A stretch of DNA of 61,613 nt, filler included, from Hausera hauseri (GCA_046269625.1; 12 parts of 12 records of this genome joined end to end with filler, not necessarily neighbours in it), one strand, 5' to 3'; positions 34,269-48,500 are shown, counted from the first letter of the whole stretch. Numbers and translations are program-made. Notes: generated by a model not told the origin, from the letters alone.

Positions 34269-37200
34269 CAGACTCCACCGCAGCAAGGTTACAATAGAAA
34301 TCCGAGTAGATCGAAATCTCCATTAAACGAAGATGGCCGACAAAGTGTGGGAAGAAATGGCAATTTAGTCTGCTTCACATGTGGACAAGAAGGACACATA
34401 GCGAGGTTCTGTCCGATTCCGCGAAGTGTTTCGTTTGTGGAACCTAATAAAACCAGTGTAATTAAAAACGAAAATTTAGAAGCAATTTACAGTGTCCGTA
34501 GAGACACAGGAATGATTATCGAGGTACAGGATTTACGATGTTTTTCAAAAGAGCAGCCTGAGACTAAGGACCCCAAAAGTTTAGTGGCTAGAAATGAATA
34601 TGAGCACAAATTGCGACTAATGGAAGTTTACCATGGCCTGCGTGAACCAGAAATGGAATATGAACGTTCCATTGCCCCACCAAGGCTAAGTGATATGGCT
34701 CGGAAAAAGAACGCTCCTACGATAAACAAAGAACCAATCGAATCAGGGAAGTCTGAGACTCCGGGTAAGGCAGATTTAGAACCTGAGTATACTATAGAAA
34801 AAGTAACCAAGGATGCAGAGGCCGACGAAAAGGAAGAATTTCTCGAACCGCTTATACTTAAAATCACCAAGAATAGGGGCCGTAGCCCATCACTGAGACG
34901 GAAACGTAAAGATCGTTCAAGATCCCCAATGATCAAAGAGAAATTAAAGACAAAGAGAGATACCGAAATTACAATTAAGAGCAAAACCGGATGTGCATCG
35001 GACACTTCGAAAATTAATTTAGTTACGCCCAACGAAATGGGTGAGCTGATGAAATCTATAGATGAAATAAATGATGTATATCTCTTACCTGCGAGCGAAG
35101 AGGAAACAGATCTAAACAGATTCTAAAAGGTGGAAAATTAGGCGCTCATGGAAGAATGCAGAGGAGTTAAAAAGAATAAGGATGAACTATCGCAATCCAG
35201 AGGTATTACGCCAGAATCTAGAGAAGGTCAAAGCAATGAGCGAACAAGTGGATATTTCTGGTAAAGAACAGCAGTTTGTAGAAAGATTATATAAAAATAT
35301 GAAACTATGTAGCAAAGGGAAACTTAGTGAAGTTATAGATTTAGATCAACCAGAAGAAGTGGCAAAAGAAACCCTAGTTCAGTGGAATCGTAAATTAGAA
35401 CGGTGGATCAGAAATAAGACAAAACTTCCGGAGACATGGGATAAAACTACCAAAAAAAATTGAAACTAGAGTCAACCAGGTCCAATCGTTATTGGCTACA
35501 CTAGAAGCCAACCCGAAATCAAAAAAGATCAGCACGTAATTTGGAGCGTGTCATGGACGAAATTAGATTCATCATAATCGAACAACTAAAAAAGAAGCTG
35601 ATCAAAGAACGAGATGCAAACCACTTAGAAATGTTGGGCATAGATGTACTGGATATTCCGCCCTTAACGGAAATGATAAAAATCGCATCTACTGCTACAA
35701 GGCAGTATACTAGTTTGGAAAATCGTCTTAAAATAGAAGTCTAAAAGCGGTCGCAGATATATAGTCTAAGGAATAGGATCATGCACCCAGCTGATATAGA
35801 AACACAGAAAATAATTCTTACTTGTCTCCTCGAATTCGATGAATATAAGGATGAGTTTGACTATGCCTACCGGATCATCGATTTTATTAGAGGTCCAGAT
35901 GACAAGCCAGATGACGCTGGCAAAATGTTAAATAAAGCGATACTGGCAAAGCCAGAAATCGCTAACCAGTTGAAAGAATGGTCAGGAGTAATAACGAGGC
36001 TGAGTGAATTAGTGGTCGATCGGAAAAGGGAATTTCCAGAAAGTGAATCTACCGTTAAGAAGCAGCTGGAAGAAGACACCGAAACCTAGATACGATGAGA
36101 GCAGAGATTGACATCCGAACCCAATTCGAGGCAATACGTCAATTAAATTTTATGGAAAAGAAAGAGGAGATGATGGTGCTAAATAATATATATAAAATGA
36201 TTGAAGAAATTAATTTCACGCGAAAGCGAAACGCGACTTGCGATTTCTACCCACGACTAAGAGATGTCCGCTTGAAAGGAATACGTTGGTTGACAGTCAA
36301 ACCTATCGAAGAAATCTCAATGAGAGATCATAAAACTTTTGACTTTTGTCCCGAATACCGGTCAGCCATTAAAGAAGCAGTTAAGTTCTTACATCGTCCC
36401 CAGAAGTGGAGAGATGGAACGGACCAAAGACTTCATACCGAATTAACTAAAATAAAGAACGACCGCCACCTTAATTTCGAAGAGATTAAGTTCGTAGAAA
36501 AACTATTAGATGCTATAGATCCGGAATCAAAGAACATTAAAGAGATGTACGAGCTAGCGCTATTGATGGCAGAAATGGCAGAAATTAGTGACGAGAAACT
36601 AAGGCAATTGTCGCAGCACATACAGTAAGTCGAAGAAACTTGCATTCAGACGAAACAGAGAGCGATAAGGTTGGACGAATTAGCTAGAGAACTAGAAGTT
36701 TACAAAAACAAATATGTCCTTACAGAAGCCGAAAAGGCTGACAAGTCACAATTCATTCAAAGATGGCAAAGAGATGTCACCTCCGAACTAACGAAATACC
36801 AAGAAAGGAGTCTAATTTCTCCCGAAGAATTATGTTCGTTGTTAACACTGCTCCACCAAACGTCCGCTAATGGGCGATGTTTCTGAACGACAAAAATGGT
36901 CCAGATACAACAGAAATTACAAGAACTCCGAGCACCTACGTGGCCCACAGTAGTGGGCAGGCCAATCGATACACCGTTGAAGAACTATCAACTGCCAGAT
37001 AATGAGAATGAACCAGATTTGGAAGCCTATTTAAATGCAATGATTGCGGAAAATCCGAAAATCCCAATGCACTTAAGCGAAATGGAGATGTATTCTCCTG
37101 AACAAAGATTCAACGTAGAAATGCTTCTGGACCCAGCGCAAACTGAGAAGGATTTAACTCAGCTGAAAGAAATAAATCTTGCTGAAATTCAATTAAGACA

Positions 37201-38250
37201 GCTAGTCCCCACTCTAACTAAATTGGCTAGTGAAGGTACGATCTTCAGTACAGTACCTAAGCTTTTACTCAAAGAATATGCCAGAATTTTAAAGGTAAAG
37301 GCAGAAGATAAGATTCTAGTAAAAATAGCATCAGATTGGATGAAGGAGAAGGAATAAGAGTTCACTACGCGTTCCTTTATAAAGGATGTATTACTATGGA
37401 TAAAGAAAAACGGATACGCCCATGAGTTGAGCTATATGCTTTATTTCCGAGGAAGGATATTAGACGAGACGGAACAATTAATAGAAGTTGGAATTATTCC
37501 GGGTGAAGTGAACCGATTGGTAATAACCACCGCTACCGACGAGACAAAGGAGGAGGCTATAAGAAAGGCTAAAGCAGAACAACAGGTAGGACGAATAATG
37601 GGAGTCCGAGATGCAGCAGTGTATTTTGAGTATTTTCAAACGGATGAAGATAATAAGCAGTATGATAAAAATTTAGTACCGATCGATGGCAATATAACCG
37701 TGGTAACAAAACAGAAACGTCCTGTTGGTAGACCACGGAAGATACGAGATGAAATCGATTATAATGGAGACTTGATTAGAGAATTGAGGCAAATGTCCAT
37801 ACCGACCGTTGGCGCAGATAATGAGGAACTGAACTCAATGATGAAAGATTTAATAAGAATAGTAAACTACCCTAGCCTCAGCAGTGATATATTAGACGAG
37901 AAGGAGAAGGCCATAGCGAAAGCTGCAAAGGCCATGAAGAATCTCTGCTGTAAATCAACTAAGAGCACTTTAAGTGATGAAATGATAATTGAGAAAATTA
38001 TGGTAGAAAATACTCTAGCGGAACTGAGAAAAGTATTACTATACCTGGCCATTAAAACCAATCCGAATCGGGAAAATGAGTTCATCAAGGCTACTAGCTT
38101 GGCAAGGAAGGCTGTCAGGAAGTTACCCCGAGAAGTGAATTGGTCTAAGTTATTCGAAAAAGAGGAAGAACATCAGAGTGGATTCTCCTTCGATAGCAAT
38201 AAATTCGGAGAATTGCTACGAAATGTAACTGGAAATCAAAAAGGAAACGA
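34269..38250 (+). pseudogene. Gag C-terminus (CCHC) plus ~1,270-codon accessory region with a ubiquitin-like domain and AT-hook
   Basis: CFTCGQEGHIARFC at ~34370; ORF pieces follow closely in a few frames; UBL-like segment ~37310-37530; KRPVGRPRK at ~37714-37741. Confidence 0.7.
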
Positions 38251-38256
38251 ATCGAA

Positions 38257-38480
38257 TTGGCTAATAAACTTTCTGATCATGATGATGTTGATAAAAAAAT
38301 GGGTGCAGTCACAGTATATGATTGTGACAAATTTAGACTTGGCCAAAAGTACTCACTAATGGACTTGGAAATCTGTGAGGACGCGAGACCACACAAATTA
38401 GAAACAAAAGAAAAGAGTTACGTATTATACCAACAACGTGAACTACTTGCATTAGATGGAGTAGAATGTGTGTTGAGACT
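38257..38480 (+). pseudogene. env: N-terminus of chuvirus-like glycoprotein, truncated
   Basis: WLINFLIMMMLIKK/MGA|VTVYDCDKFRLGQKYSLMDLEIC..YVLYQQRE..VEC; homologous to 12675-12900. Confidence 0.75.
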
Positions 38481-40789
38481 GATACATGGGCACTCGTCAA
38501 TAATAAAGCCGACAATCACACCAATTACGATTGTTAGTAGATCGCGTATCTACCATTCCGATCTCAACGTCATTTGATGATTGTAAGACTGAATTATGCA
38601 TTAGAAATTTATTACAAAAGTTGGTATAACAATTAACTCATTCACTCATTAAATGATTCTTCTTTTCATCCTTTTTTGAATTTCCTGAATTTNNNNNNNN
38701 NNNNNNNNNNNNNNNNNNNNNNNNNNNNNNNNNNNNTTAATTAATTAANNNNNNNNNNNNNNNNNNNNNNNNNNNNNNNNNNNNNNNNNNNNCGACAGTT
38801 AGTGCTCCCAGTCCAGCTCACATAAACATATGGAAGAAGAAGGTAAATCAATGCTATGCAACTATGACCACCTCAGGTACACTTCATGTCCTCAAATGTG
38901 TGGCTTTTCATGGCTTTAAAATAATACAAGGGCCAGTTCATACAGTGCACGATGAATTTAATTTAATGCATTTAAGGAGCTGAGTTTACCGAACATAATT
39001 CTTTTGCTTGATTCGTTAAACCTGGATGGTGATGTGTTAAAACATTTCTTTCCAAGTGCACAAGTCTCATTGCAGACAGTTAGTGGGGACATGAAAGAAC
39101 TTAAGCATTGGTATGAGTACATCAATTCTTTACTGAATAGACCACACCCTCAGTACCAGTATCTACAGAGATACGGGCCACATTTTTCTATAATAAGTGA
39201 AGGAAGCAGTAAAAAAGCTCAAATATACACTCAGGCCTAATAAAATGGAGAGAATGTTGAAATGCTACCAGACGAGGAGAAAGACTCCTAAACAAAACTG
39301 TACAAGATCTGGGAAAAAGAAGACAACCCCCTGCCCCCAGACACAGAGGAATGGAAAAAGAGATGATGACTAAAATACACAGAAAAGGAGAATAATCATA
39401 TATTCCAGACATGTTTTACTTTTCCAAATGTGCTAATCAAGAATATTGGAATTATCGGAAAACCGTTTTCATTTATTTTTGCACACTTGCACATGCGCAG
39501 GGCACTTGCACTATGCACTGATCGATGCACTTCGATGTACTCTATCGATTAGCACTTTATGACAATCGATTTCAATCAATACTGCACCATGCAGCTGTAG
39601 TATAATGTAAATAACCCATAATGACGGAAGTTCAATCAGTAATCAGTAAACAATGAACTGAATTGTGTACGAAATGATGAGAAATTCACATTGTTTATAT
39701 TGAATTTTCTCATGAAAATTTATATTTATTTATATTCTGTATTAATTAGATTGTAAATAATGTTAGATTACTGAGAAAAAGGACTGTAAATATTGTCGGA
39801 AAATGGCTGATTAAGAGAATAAATCATGTAAATATTAGGATGGACAAGAGAAAAGAGAAATAAACAAATGATCCGAATGGTATATATAGTAGAACGTAAA
39901 ATGAAAATTAGAACAGTAAAAAGTTGAACGGTTAACAGTGAAATCAGTGAACAATTTGAGAACAGTGTTTTGAACAGTGATTCGAAGTTAATCAGTGATT
40001 AGCGAACCAGAACGATTTCAGTTGCGAAACCATTGACGTTATTCGATTGATTTGAAACTTACCTTTACCTGACGATTTGATTCAATTTTTGTGGTATATT
40101 TTATTGTGAATATATTTTGTTGTTGTAAAATCTTATATAGCTTTTTCGTCGCTCTTTAAGAGGGACTTGTACCACATTAAGGTTTAAATTCATTTAACGT
40201 CTCTAGATAGGACTAGAATTTGTAATTTAAAGCATTCACTGCACGCAGTACCCGCAATATCAAATCAAGTGCAAACTTCTAACGAGAACGTTAGAACTTA
40301 TCTGCATAAATTAAAACTTATTAAACGAATCTTATTGTTATAGTTGGGTGTTGGATAGGGCCCACCTTCAACTACTAACAATATCGAATAACATTCTGAA
40401 GTCGTTTAATGACTTTTTATTTATTCTTTCGAATTTTTCTGCAAACACTCAATTTACTTCCGAGGTCATTTAAATTTCTTTTTTTGCTAATAACAGATAA
40501 AATAATTTCATAACTGGTTAAAATAATTCAATGAATTTACAAATAACATTCATCCACCTAATATAGCTTCTACTGACAAACCTTATGCCTTTTCTACAAC
40601 TACCATGTTCTTTTATAACACAAAGAAAACACAATTAGTCAAATATCTTATTAAGGAAAGAGTTTTTGCCGATTTTTAATACTTATTGAGCAATCGTTAA
40701 TAATAAGGATTATAACAAAGAATATACAAACAGATGGCTATATGCGAATGGAAATTGTTAATCTTTATTATTAGCAGCGATATCACAAT

Positions 40790-41810
40790 ATGCACCACCA
40801 GCAGCTATGATTCTGTTCAATCTTGATTGTAGCTTATCGAAAGCTTCCCGTTAGAACACCCGGTCTTTGGAGTTAAGCCACGATAGTCTATCATTTCGAA
40901 TTGTACAGACGTCATGATACACTTTATTTCTGAGGACAGTTTTAAGGGCGAGAAAATAAAATAATATGATGGTGATATGTCTGTTGAATAAGGAGGATGA
41001 GGTATTAATGTTAATCTATTACCAACAGTCTTTTTTAGGCTTTGTTTTGTGACATGAGGTCTGCATTGCCTTGGAGGAAAAACAATTTGGCATTATCACC
41101 AAGCAATCGTCGTCTTTTCTGTTGAATATCAATTAATTGGGCCGTAAATTTTTGGTAGTTAAGGCTTTTTGCACCGCTAATCCACCGCGAAATTTTGGAT
41201 TTTTCTCGGCAAAGATCCAAAATTCCGCGGTAAAAAGAAAACTTTAACTGCGAAAAATTCACCACCCTATCAATGAGGAATTGACTGAGTTTTCAGCATT
41301 TAATCTTTAAATGCGCTGGAACACTTGAATGGATATGAGACCTTTATAATCCTAAAACACAATGGCAACGTGCTTCTAGATGGTAAGTGTTTGTTTAACA
41401 GCACTGGCTGGTGAATCACCAAATCCACACCAACTGCGATTGTGGTAAGATTCTCTACTATCTCACTCATTTTTATAAACTGTAATTAGTCTATGGAGGA
41501 AATTGTTATGTTCAAATATACTGATGAGTTTATTACATACGCGAACCCTTACTGCTTTGCTAACTTCGCTGAGATGATGTGGTAGCCACTAGTTTACTCT
41601 GTATGATTTCTCCATTTCATGTTATCCGTTAATCATTGTTTTGTGGTCTACGTTCAATATTTATGCCATTTGACGACCTTGCATGTAGGTTTTCATATAA
41701 TTTGTCTTTTATTTCATCATCGATTGACACAGATGGTCTACCCACTCTTCGCTTCTCTTTGCTGTCAATTTCACCATTACTGAATATTTTGAACCAATTT
41801 TTACACGTTA
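40790..41810 (-). pseudogene. Degenerate mariner-type transposase
   Basis: [24 protein letters not shown] (HTH); FFLQGNA..PHPPYSTDISPS.Y.IFSPL (variants of HDNA and YSPDLAP). Confidence 0.7.
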
Positions 41811-42134
41811 TTTCTTCACCAGGGCTCGTCCGTCCATCAAGGACTGCTTCAGTAACTCCTGGCTTCAAGATGCCTACCTGATGCGGCTCCGCAGGCAGAC
41901 GCTCACCTTTACAACCACGCGTCTCAAGGAGTTCCTGGCCGACCAGCAGCGGCGGCGGCAGGAGGTCGCCACCAAGCACAAGGTCCTGCTGCGCACCTAC
42001 CAGGGCTCGCCGCGGTCTCCGTCGCCTGGCGCTGCGCCAAACGTTCCCACCCCGAAGTGAGGCGGTGGCAAAAAAGATAGGACTTTTTAGATCCTAATCC
42101 TAAAAAAAATACAAAACAAAAAAAAAGTCAAACT

Positions 42135-42310
42135 GATAATTCTAACATCAGACCTCACTGCAGTCCAGACAAGACACACGCTTATAGTTCTAACATCATG
42201 TATCACCTCAGCCAACACAAGAATCACAGGGATAGTTCTAACATCATACCTCACCACAGCGCATGCAGGATATCATTCTGATATCATACCTCACAGGAGC
42301 CCATACATGA
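42135..42310. repeat. Short degenerate tandem repeat
   Basis: Recurring TTCTAACATCA..CCTCAC units about 40-50 bp apart. Confidence 0.45.
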
Positions 42311-42987
42311 CTCATCATGATCCTACAAGAATGAGTGTAGAATCACTGTCACAGCACACAGTTAATCCATAAGTTTTTTGCTGCCAGTCAGATTAATGTC
42401 ATTGCCTCACCAACAGTTTGACCAGAAAATTTTGAAAAGAAACTCCAGACTCGTGTTGCTGTCAGCACATACTCCACAGTGAAAGCAACATTCCTCAACC
42501 TTCCCAGAGCATGAACTTTGGTATTAATGGCTGTACCATATGAGTCATCTGTGATTCCAAATAGCAGGTTCAATACAGGCACCAAATCAAATCAACTTTA
42601 TTTTCAAAGGGATAAGAATTGGGCACACAGGCCCGTCTTACATTCTGCCCTTCTTTTCTCATACAGTTCTTACTCTTGAGTTCATTCGCGCATAACATAA
42701 ATTTAGTTACAAATTACTTCTACATAAATAAAGAGGCATCCAAAATTTAAAAAACAAATATCTGCATTTTGGTCAGCATACCATAACCCTGGGAAAGGGT
42801 TATACGTAATCGACAGACACAAAGGTCACTTTTGCCAGTCACGCTGAATCCAGTTCTGAGCTATCGCCAAAAGAGATAATTACAGATNNNNNNNNNNNNN
42901 NNNNNNNNNNNNNNNNNNNNNNNNNNNNNNNTTAATTAATTAANNNNNNNNNNNNNNNNNNNNNNNNNNNNNNNNNNNNNNNNNNNN

Positions 42988-45847
42988 TTGTCCGGATTTG
43001 CGCGATACGGAGTCATCCCTAAGTCCGTAGATAAAATTACTTCGCGTCCATGAATCATAAAAATGGTATAAATCCTGTGGCGGGGTGTGGCATAGTATTG
43101 ATAGCGAATTGTGTTCCTTCTAAAAATTCATCCCAGTCCTTTTGATTCTTCGCTACTACGGTTGATAAGACACGTATAACTGTGGCATTCATACGTTAGA
43201 CCATCAATTGCACTGAGGGTGGTAAGCGGTAGTGGTTAGTCGTTCAGTCTCGAAGATTTTAGAAATTTTGTCAAATAATTCGCTTGTAAAATTTCTTCCT
43301 GTATCGGTTAGTATTTGATCGGGCGGTCCGTATCTGCAGATGATTTTCCTTACTACTGCGTCTGCTAATGTTTCCGGTTTTCGATCGATTAATGCGATTA
43401 ATTTCACGAAGTGTGTTAAACGATCTAAGCATGTCAAAATATATTTGTTATTTTTATGAGTTGTAGGTAACGCTCCTAATATATCTATAGACATAGCCTG
43501 CATAGGTCCTTCTGGTACGTCGATCGGTTTCAATTCTGCTATATAGTTTTTCACTTTTCTTTGTTTTGTTGCACAGACTTCACAAGCGTCCACCAAATTT
43601 TTCACATCGATATAAACGCTTAACCAGTAATACTTATTCAATATCCTTTCTAATGTTTTGTTCCATGACATATGCCCGGCTAGATGTGAATCATGTTCGG
43701 CCATTAGTACTTCGGTGCCTAATCCTTTTGGATTAACTACCAGCTTCCGTCCTTTGCGTTCATAATATAAAATATTATCCGGATTTGATGCATAATATTT
43801 ATGTCCGTGTCTCTGTAAGTGTTTCTTCCAATTGAGCTTTCTTCATGGTTGTAATCGTACTTGTCTTTGTTTTAAGTCTTGATAAGGCGTCTGCGTGTAC
43901 ATGTTTACTTCCCGGTTTATATTGAAATTCTATATTGTACCGTAAAATTTCCTCAATCCATCAATTTAGTCTACACGTCGGGTTATTAGCCCGTCCCTTA
44001 AGCGTCGTAACAGCTTTATGATCGGTAACTATAATAATTTTCTTTCCGTAGACATAGACATTAAAATGTCTCAAGGCTTCTTTTACGGCTAGTGTCTCTA
44101 AATCAGTGACTGAATAGTTTTTCTCAGCTTTCTTAAGCAATCGTCCTCCGTATGAAATTTGATGCTCCAATTCTTCATCTTTTTGTTTTTGAGCTAATTC
44201 GTAACCAGTTCCTTCCGTACTTGCGTCTGTTTAAATTATAAATGGTAAATTGAAGTCAGGGTATCTTAACACTGGTTCACTTGTTAAAATTTTCTTCATT
44301 TCGTCGAACGCTTTCTGTTCAACATCAGTCCATTTCCATTTAATTACTTTCTTCAATAGCCGATATAATGGTGCATTTATTTTCTAGTTTTCTGGAACGT
44401 AGGTGGCATAATATCCGCATAAGCCTAACGAATGCCTTAATTCTTTCTGATTCTGGGGTTCCATACAATCTGATATTTTGTTTAACAAGAATTTGTATGG
44501 CCTCGATCCTCCTTCTCCGACTATATGTCCGAGAAAAGACGCGGAATTTTGTGCCCATTTACGTTTCTTTGGGTTTAGTTTTAATCATGCCTGCTCCAAC
44601 CGCATAAGAGTATCTTCGATGGCTTTTAGGTGTTCTTCTTCTGTTCGTGACGCTATCATTACATCGTCTAAATACGCAAACGCATGATCTAGGCCCATTA
44701 GCATCTTGTTCATCATTCTAGTAAAAATATCTGGACCGGTTGTTATACCAAACGGCATGACGTTAAATTCATAAACTCCATCGTGCGTTTTAAATGCTAT
44801 CTTATAACGATCATCTTCTTCAATTTCTACTTGCCAATATCCGGATTGTAAATCCAGAGTTGTAAACCATTTTGCTCCTGATAATCTGCCTAGAACTTCC
44901 TTTACTGATGGTAGTGGAATTGAGTCCTTCATCAAAAGTGTGTTTAGGGCTCGGTAATATATACAGAATCGATGTTTTGTGGTACCTTTTTTCTTAATCA
45001 TGAGTATTGGTGAGTACCAAAATCGATAGCTTTGTCGTATTATGTCAGCTTTTAATATACGTTCTACTTCTTTTGTTATTTCAGGCCTTAACAAATGCGG
45101 CGGTGTTTACTATTTTGGCATATTTTGCTCTTCCAAATCAATTTCATCATTGGAGCCAGATTTCATTTTTAATGAAATGGTTAATCTTAAGGTTTTCGCT
45201 CTAGTTATGTCTTCTTCATTTTGGGCAATAAGTGACTTATATTTGCATAGTAGTTCGTAAAATTAACAATATACTTCCGGCGAAAACTTAGTTTCAACAT
45301 GAGGTGGAAATTCAGCATATTTATATGGTTTTTCTTCGATTGTTATTGCTGACACCTTATAAGTATGAACCAATGTTTTCATCGACGGAATTCATACTTA
45401 TCCTTGCTTCCTTTCTTTCATTGTTTCAATCCCTTTCAGTGGTCCAAGTTCAAGTAGTTTTCCAGTCTGTAAATTTATTGCGATATTGGGTAATTGCTTC
45501 AGTATATCGCATCCTAACACTACATCATGAGTTAATTGATCCATTATGGCAAACTCGTGTTGAAGGATTTAACCCATTAATTGAATTAGAGGACTCCATT
45601 TAAACTTTGGTTTGGATTCTTTCCCGAAGGCTCCTATGCTGTCTGGATCTGACGATGATGCTGGCTGCAGTTGTTTTCGTAGTGTCGGCGGTATTGATTC
45701 TAATTTTATAAATGATTTCTCCGATCCGGTGTCGATTAAGGCATAGACTTCCCAATTTTCAATAGTAACTTTTGTGAAGGGTCTTCCTTCCATAACTGAT
45801 CCATAAGAACTCGACACGTCTTTTGGTCGTTTAATCGAAGAAATCAT
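42988..45847 (-). pseudogene. pol: Ty3/Gypsy pol (PR-RT-RH-IN), lineage B copy 1
   Basis: ALIDTGSEKSFI; LDLQSGYWQV, MPFGI, YLDD; NYSVTDLETLAV..VTDHK; HHCC, TAYHPQCN. Confidence 0.93.
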
Positions 45848-46054
45848 GTCCGTTTATCGTTATCTCTGGTGATAAAATAATATTTTCGGTTAGTTGTTTC
45901 AGTTCTTCGTTAGGGTATAAGTCGTTAACTGCCATATTGTTCGCATTGTTTCTAATTAATGGTTCTTGGACTATTGGATTTTGGAACGATTTCACTCCTT
46001 GTGTTCCCCAGACTGTTGATCTTTTTCTATATTGCAAGCTATCCTCGGTGAGTA

Positions 46055-47516
46055 CTATATCCCGTGATCGTCTTCCGTTCGTCGTTGGTTAGTGATTTGT
46101 ATCTTCTTTAAGACTCCATATTGTTTTGTTCCTTCATAAGGATCTTCATAGCTGAAGGGTTTCTGACAGAATGCTGATCTATATGACATCATAAATGTTT
46201 TGACACAATTCTCGTATATCGGAGCCGTTGGCGGCATGATAGGTAAGGGTGCTCTAATTACTGAATACATTTTGTGTCTATTTTGTCTAAGAATCGCATC
46301 TCCTCCCTTAGGCTCGTCATCATCTGAATCATTTCTTCGCGTCATTGGTTTCTTAGTTTTGCGTTTTAGTCGAAATATGGGTCTTGCTCGACGTTTATGA
46401 TTATAATAGCCGACATGGCGTTCAACATTATTTTTCCATCGATTTTCTTCATACGCTTTAAGTATTTTGCCAAACGGTGTGATGATTGCTGTCAGTATTT
46501 TACATGAAAATCCAGTCAGCGTAAATATCTCGTATCCATTAATTACCGCTTGGATGACGGCCTTAACCATCTGTATTAGAAAATATATTGCTAAGAATCT
46601 GGATGCGGTTTGTCCGAAAATCAAAAATCTTCCCTAAATTTTAGAGTATTTCTGTTGTTACTCTCTGATAGTGGTTTACTTCAAGTAATGATTCCCATTT
46701 AGCCTGATATCGTGTATCATCTATTACCGAGGCCATGGCTCGATTTAATTCATGAGTCCGCTGTCGCGGAAAGTCGAGAAATTGTCTGTATATACCTTTC
46801 GAGGAGATGTCTTGAAATTTATCGTCCGTAATCTTTTTTGCAAGATTAGTCTCTGTTAAGTTATTTGGAGCGGCGGTAATACCTCCGTGTGGCAAGCTAA
46901 CCCAGTCTGTTTCGCTACGTCTAAACATGGGTTTTCCTAAATTTGCCTTGCAATTTTTAAGAATGGTTGGTTGGGTTGCATTATCCAATAACACTCTTGT
47001 CAACGGTATAGCCAACCGTGGAATACTCTGATAGATAACAAGAAGTTCCTGTATACAACGTATTTCTTCTACATTAATGGGTACGTCTCTTTTTTCACAT
47101 TTGTAAGTTAATAATACTTCGCCCGTTACTCGACCAAAGATTTCTTCTCTCATAGGAATTATTGGAGAAGCCAATTCTGGGTTGGCGTATATGACAGCCA
47201 ATTTTGTCCTCATAATTTCGGGATCCAATTTGCAGTCGTTCATTATCATTTTGTGGTATAATTCCGTTATTCCGGCTTGTCCTTTATAATAGAAGTAATC
47301 ATCTCTGTTTTTTAGGTAATCCTCGATTCGGACGTCCTGAGTTTCTAGCTTGTAAGTCCTTGCATTTATTTCTGTCTCTGCGACAAAAAATGCTTCGTAG
47401 TTGGTGGCGAACATTACTACATCACAACGAGAGATCATTGCTTTCTTGATAAATTTTAGTCCGTGTTGGTCAGAGATTAATATAGTGGGTGTAGAATGTT
47501 CGGATACATCCTCGCG
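46055..47516 (-). pseudogene. env: Chuvirus-like glycoprotein (C-terminal half, TM, cytoplasmic linker), lineage B copy 1
   Basis: ELYHKMIMNDCKL..GRVTGEVLLTYKCEK..CIQELLVIY..PLTRVL..KGIY..FLDFP; FGQTASRFLAIYFLIQMVKAVIQAVINGYEI..ILTAII. Confidence 0.85.
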
Positions 47517-47616
47517 NNNNNNNNNNNNNNNNNNNNNNNNNNNNNNNNNNNNNNNNNNNNTTAATTAATTAANNNNNNNNNNNNNNNNNNNNNNNNNNNN
47601 NNNNNNNNNNNNNNNN

Positions 47617-47852
47617 GTCAAAACGATCAGAAATGTCTCAAATAATATAAGTCGCACTGAAAATGTAATTGCCTTCATACCAATGAAGTCCATGACGATG
47701 TCAAAAGAGAAATTCGTTAGGTCTATCCGTCAGGTCTTTCCACGCAATTCCGGTTCAAAAATGTTACCGACGTCCATAATGCATAATTCCTTTATCAGGT
47801 ACCGGGCACTATCATCTTGGAAAGCTTCAATATTTATAAATCCTGTAGCCAT
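47617..47852 (-). pseudogene. DEDD-like protein N-terminus (homolog of 254-742)
   Basis: MATGFINIEAFQDDSARYLIKELCIMDVGNIF. Confidence 0.55.
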
Positions 47853-47936
47853 TACTTATCATTTTTTACAAAATCATTTTTTGTTTATAACATAAGAAAA
47901 ACAACTAACTATTATTATTATTATCATTACAATAAT

Positions 47937-48407
47937 TAAACATAGGTGGTTTTGTCCATATCACCGAAACCGAATTTTTTTGCGTTTATTTCGTGTTGAT
48001 TCATGCACACAAAACAGTCCCAATTGTTCTGGTTACATTACACTAAATTCCGCCTCTTCACAGCGAACAAAAACGATTTGTGCTATTGCACTGCCTTTTG
48101 AAAAAGCATAGGATTTACCCAATTGGTTTTCTAGCAACATATTAATTTCACCACGAAAGGCCGAATCAATGGCGTCACCCGCAACCGTCAGTCCGAGCTT
48201 TTCCAGTCCGCTTTTCGATAAAAGTTGACCGTAGTAACGCGGTGAAATCGCCAATCGAATCCCATTCGTTATGCATTTGATTGTGCTGTCCGGAATTGTC
48301 GTATTGACATTGGAAAACACGTCGTAGCCTGCACTGCTTGCTGTAACACGTCTCGGTACAAAGGCATTTTCGTCTGTTAAAATAATCTTTACATCATTAA
48401 TTATCAT
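47937..48407 (-). pseudogene. dut: Trimeric dUTPase
   Basis: SAGYDV, YGQLLSKSGL, GDAIDSAFRGEI, IAQIV; premature TAA at 48033 (TCA in the other copy); GFG tail. Confidence 0.9.
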
Positions 48408-48500
48408 TATTCTTATGCCAATTTTTTAAAATTAAACGTATATTTATACTCGTTATTTGGGTTGCTGAAAGAAGATGAAAAACAACGGTAAAAGAAATTT

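Noticed and set aside
38290-38302. A7 run between signal peptide and VTVYDC as a programmed -1 frameshift
   Set aside because: In the homolog at 12675-12750 the signal peptide and YDC are in one frame, and this copy is full of lesions; a homopolymer indel is simpler.
39410-40380. Possible solo LTR ending in ...TAACA
   Set aside because: No clear TG start, TSD or second copy in the window.
42580-42887. Possible LINE 3' end (AATAAAGTTGATTTGATTTG on the minus strand)
   Set aside because: Only the tail motif is visible; no RT motif recognised to support it.
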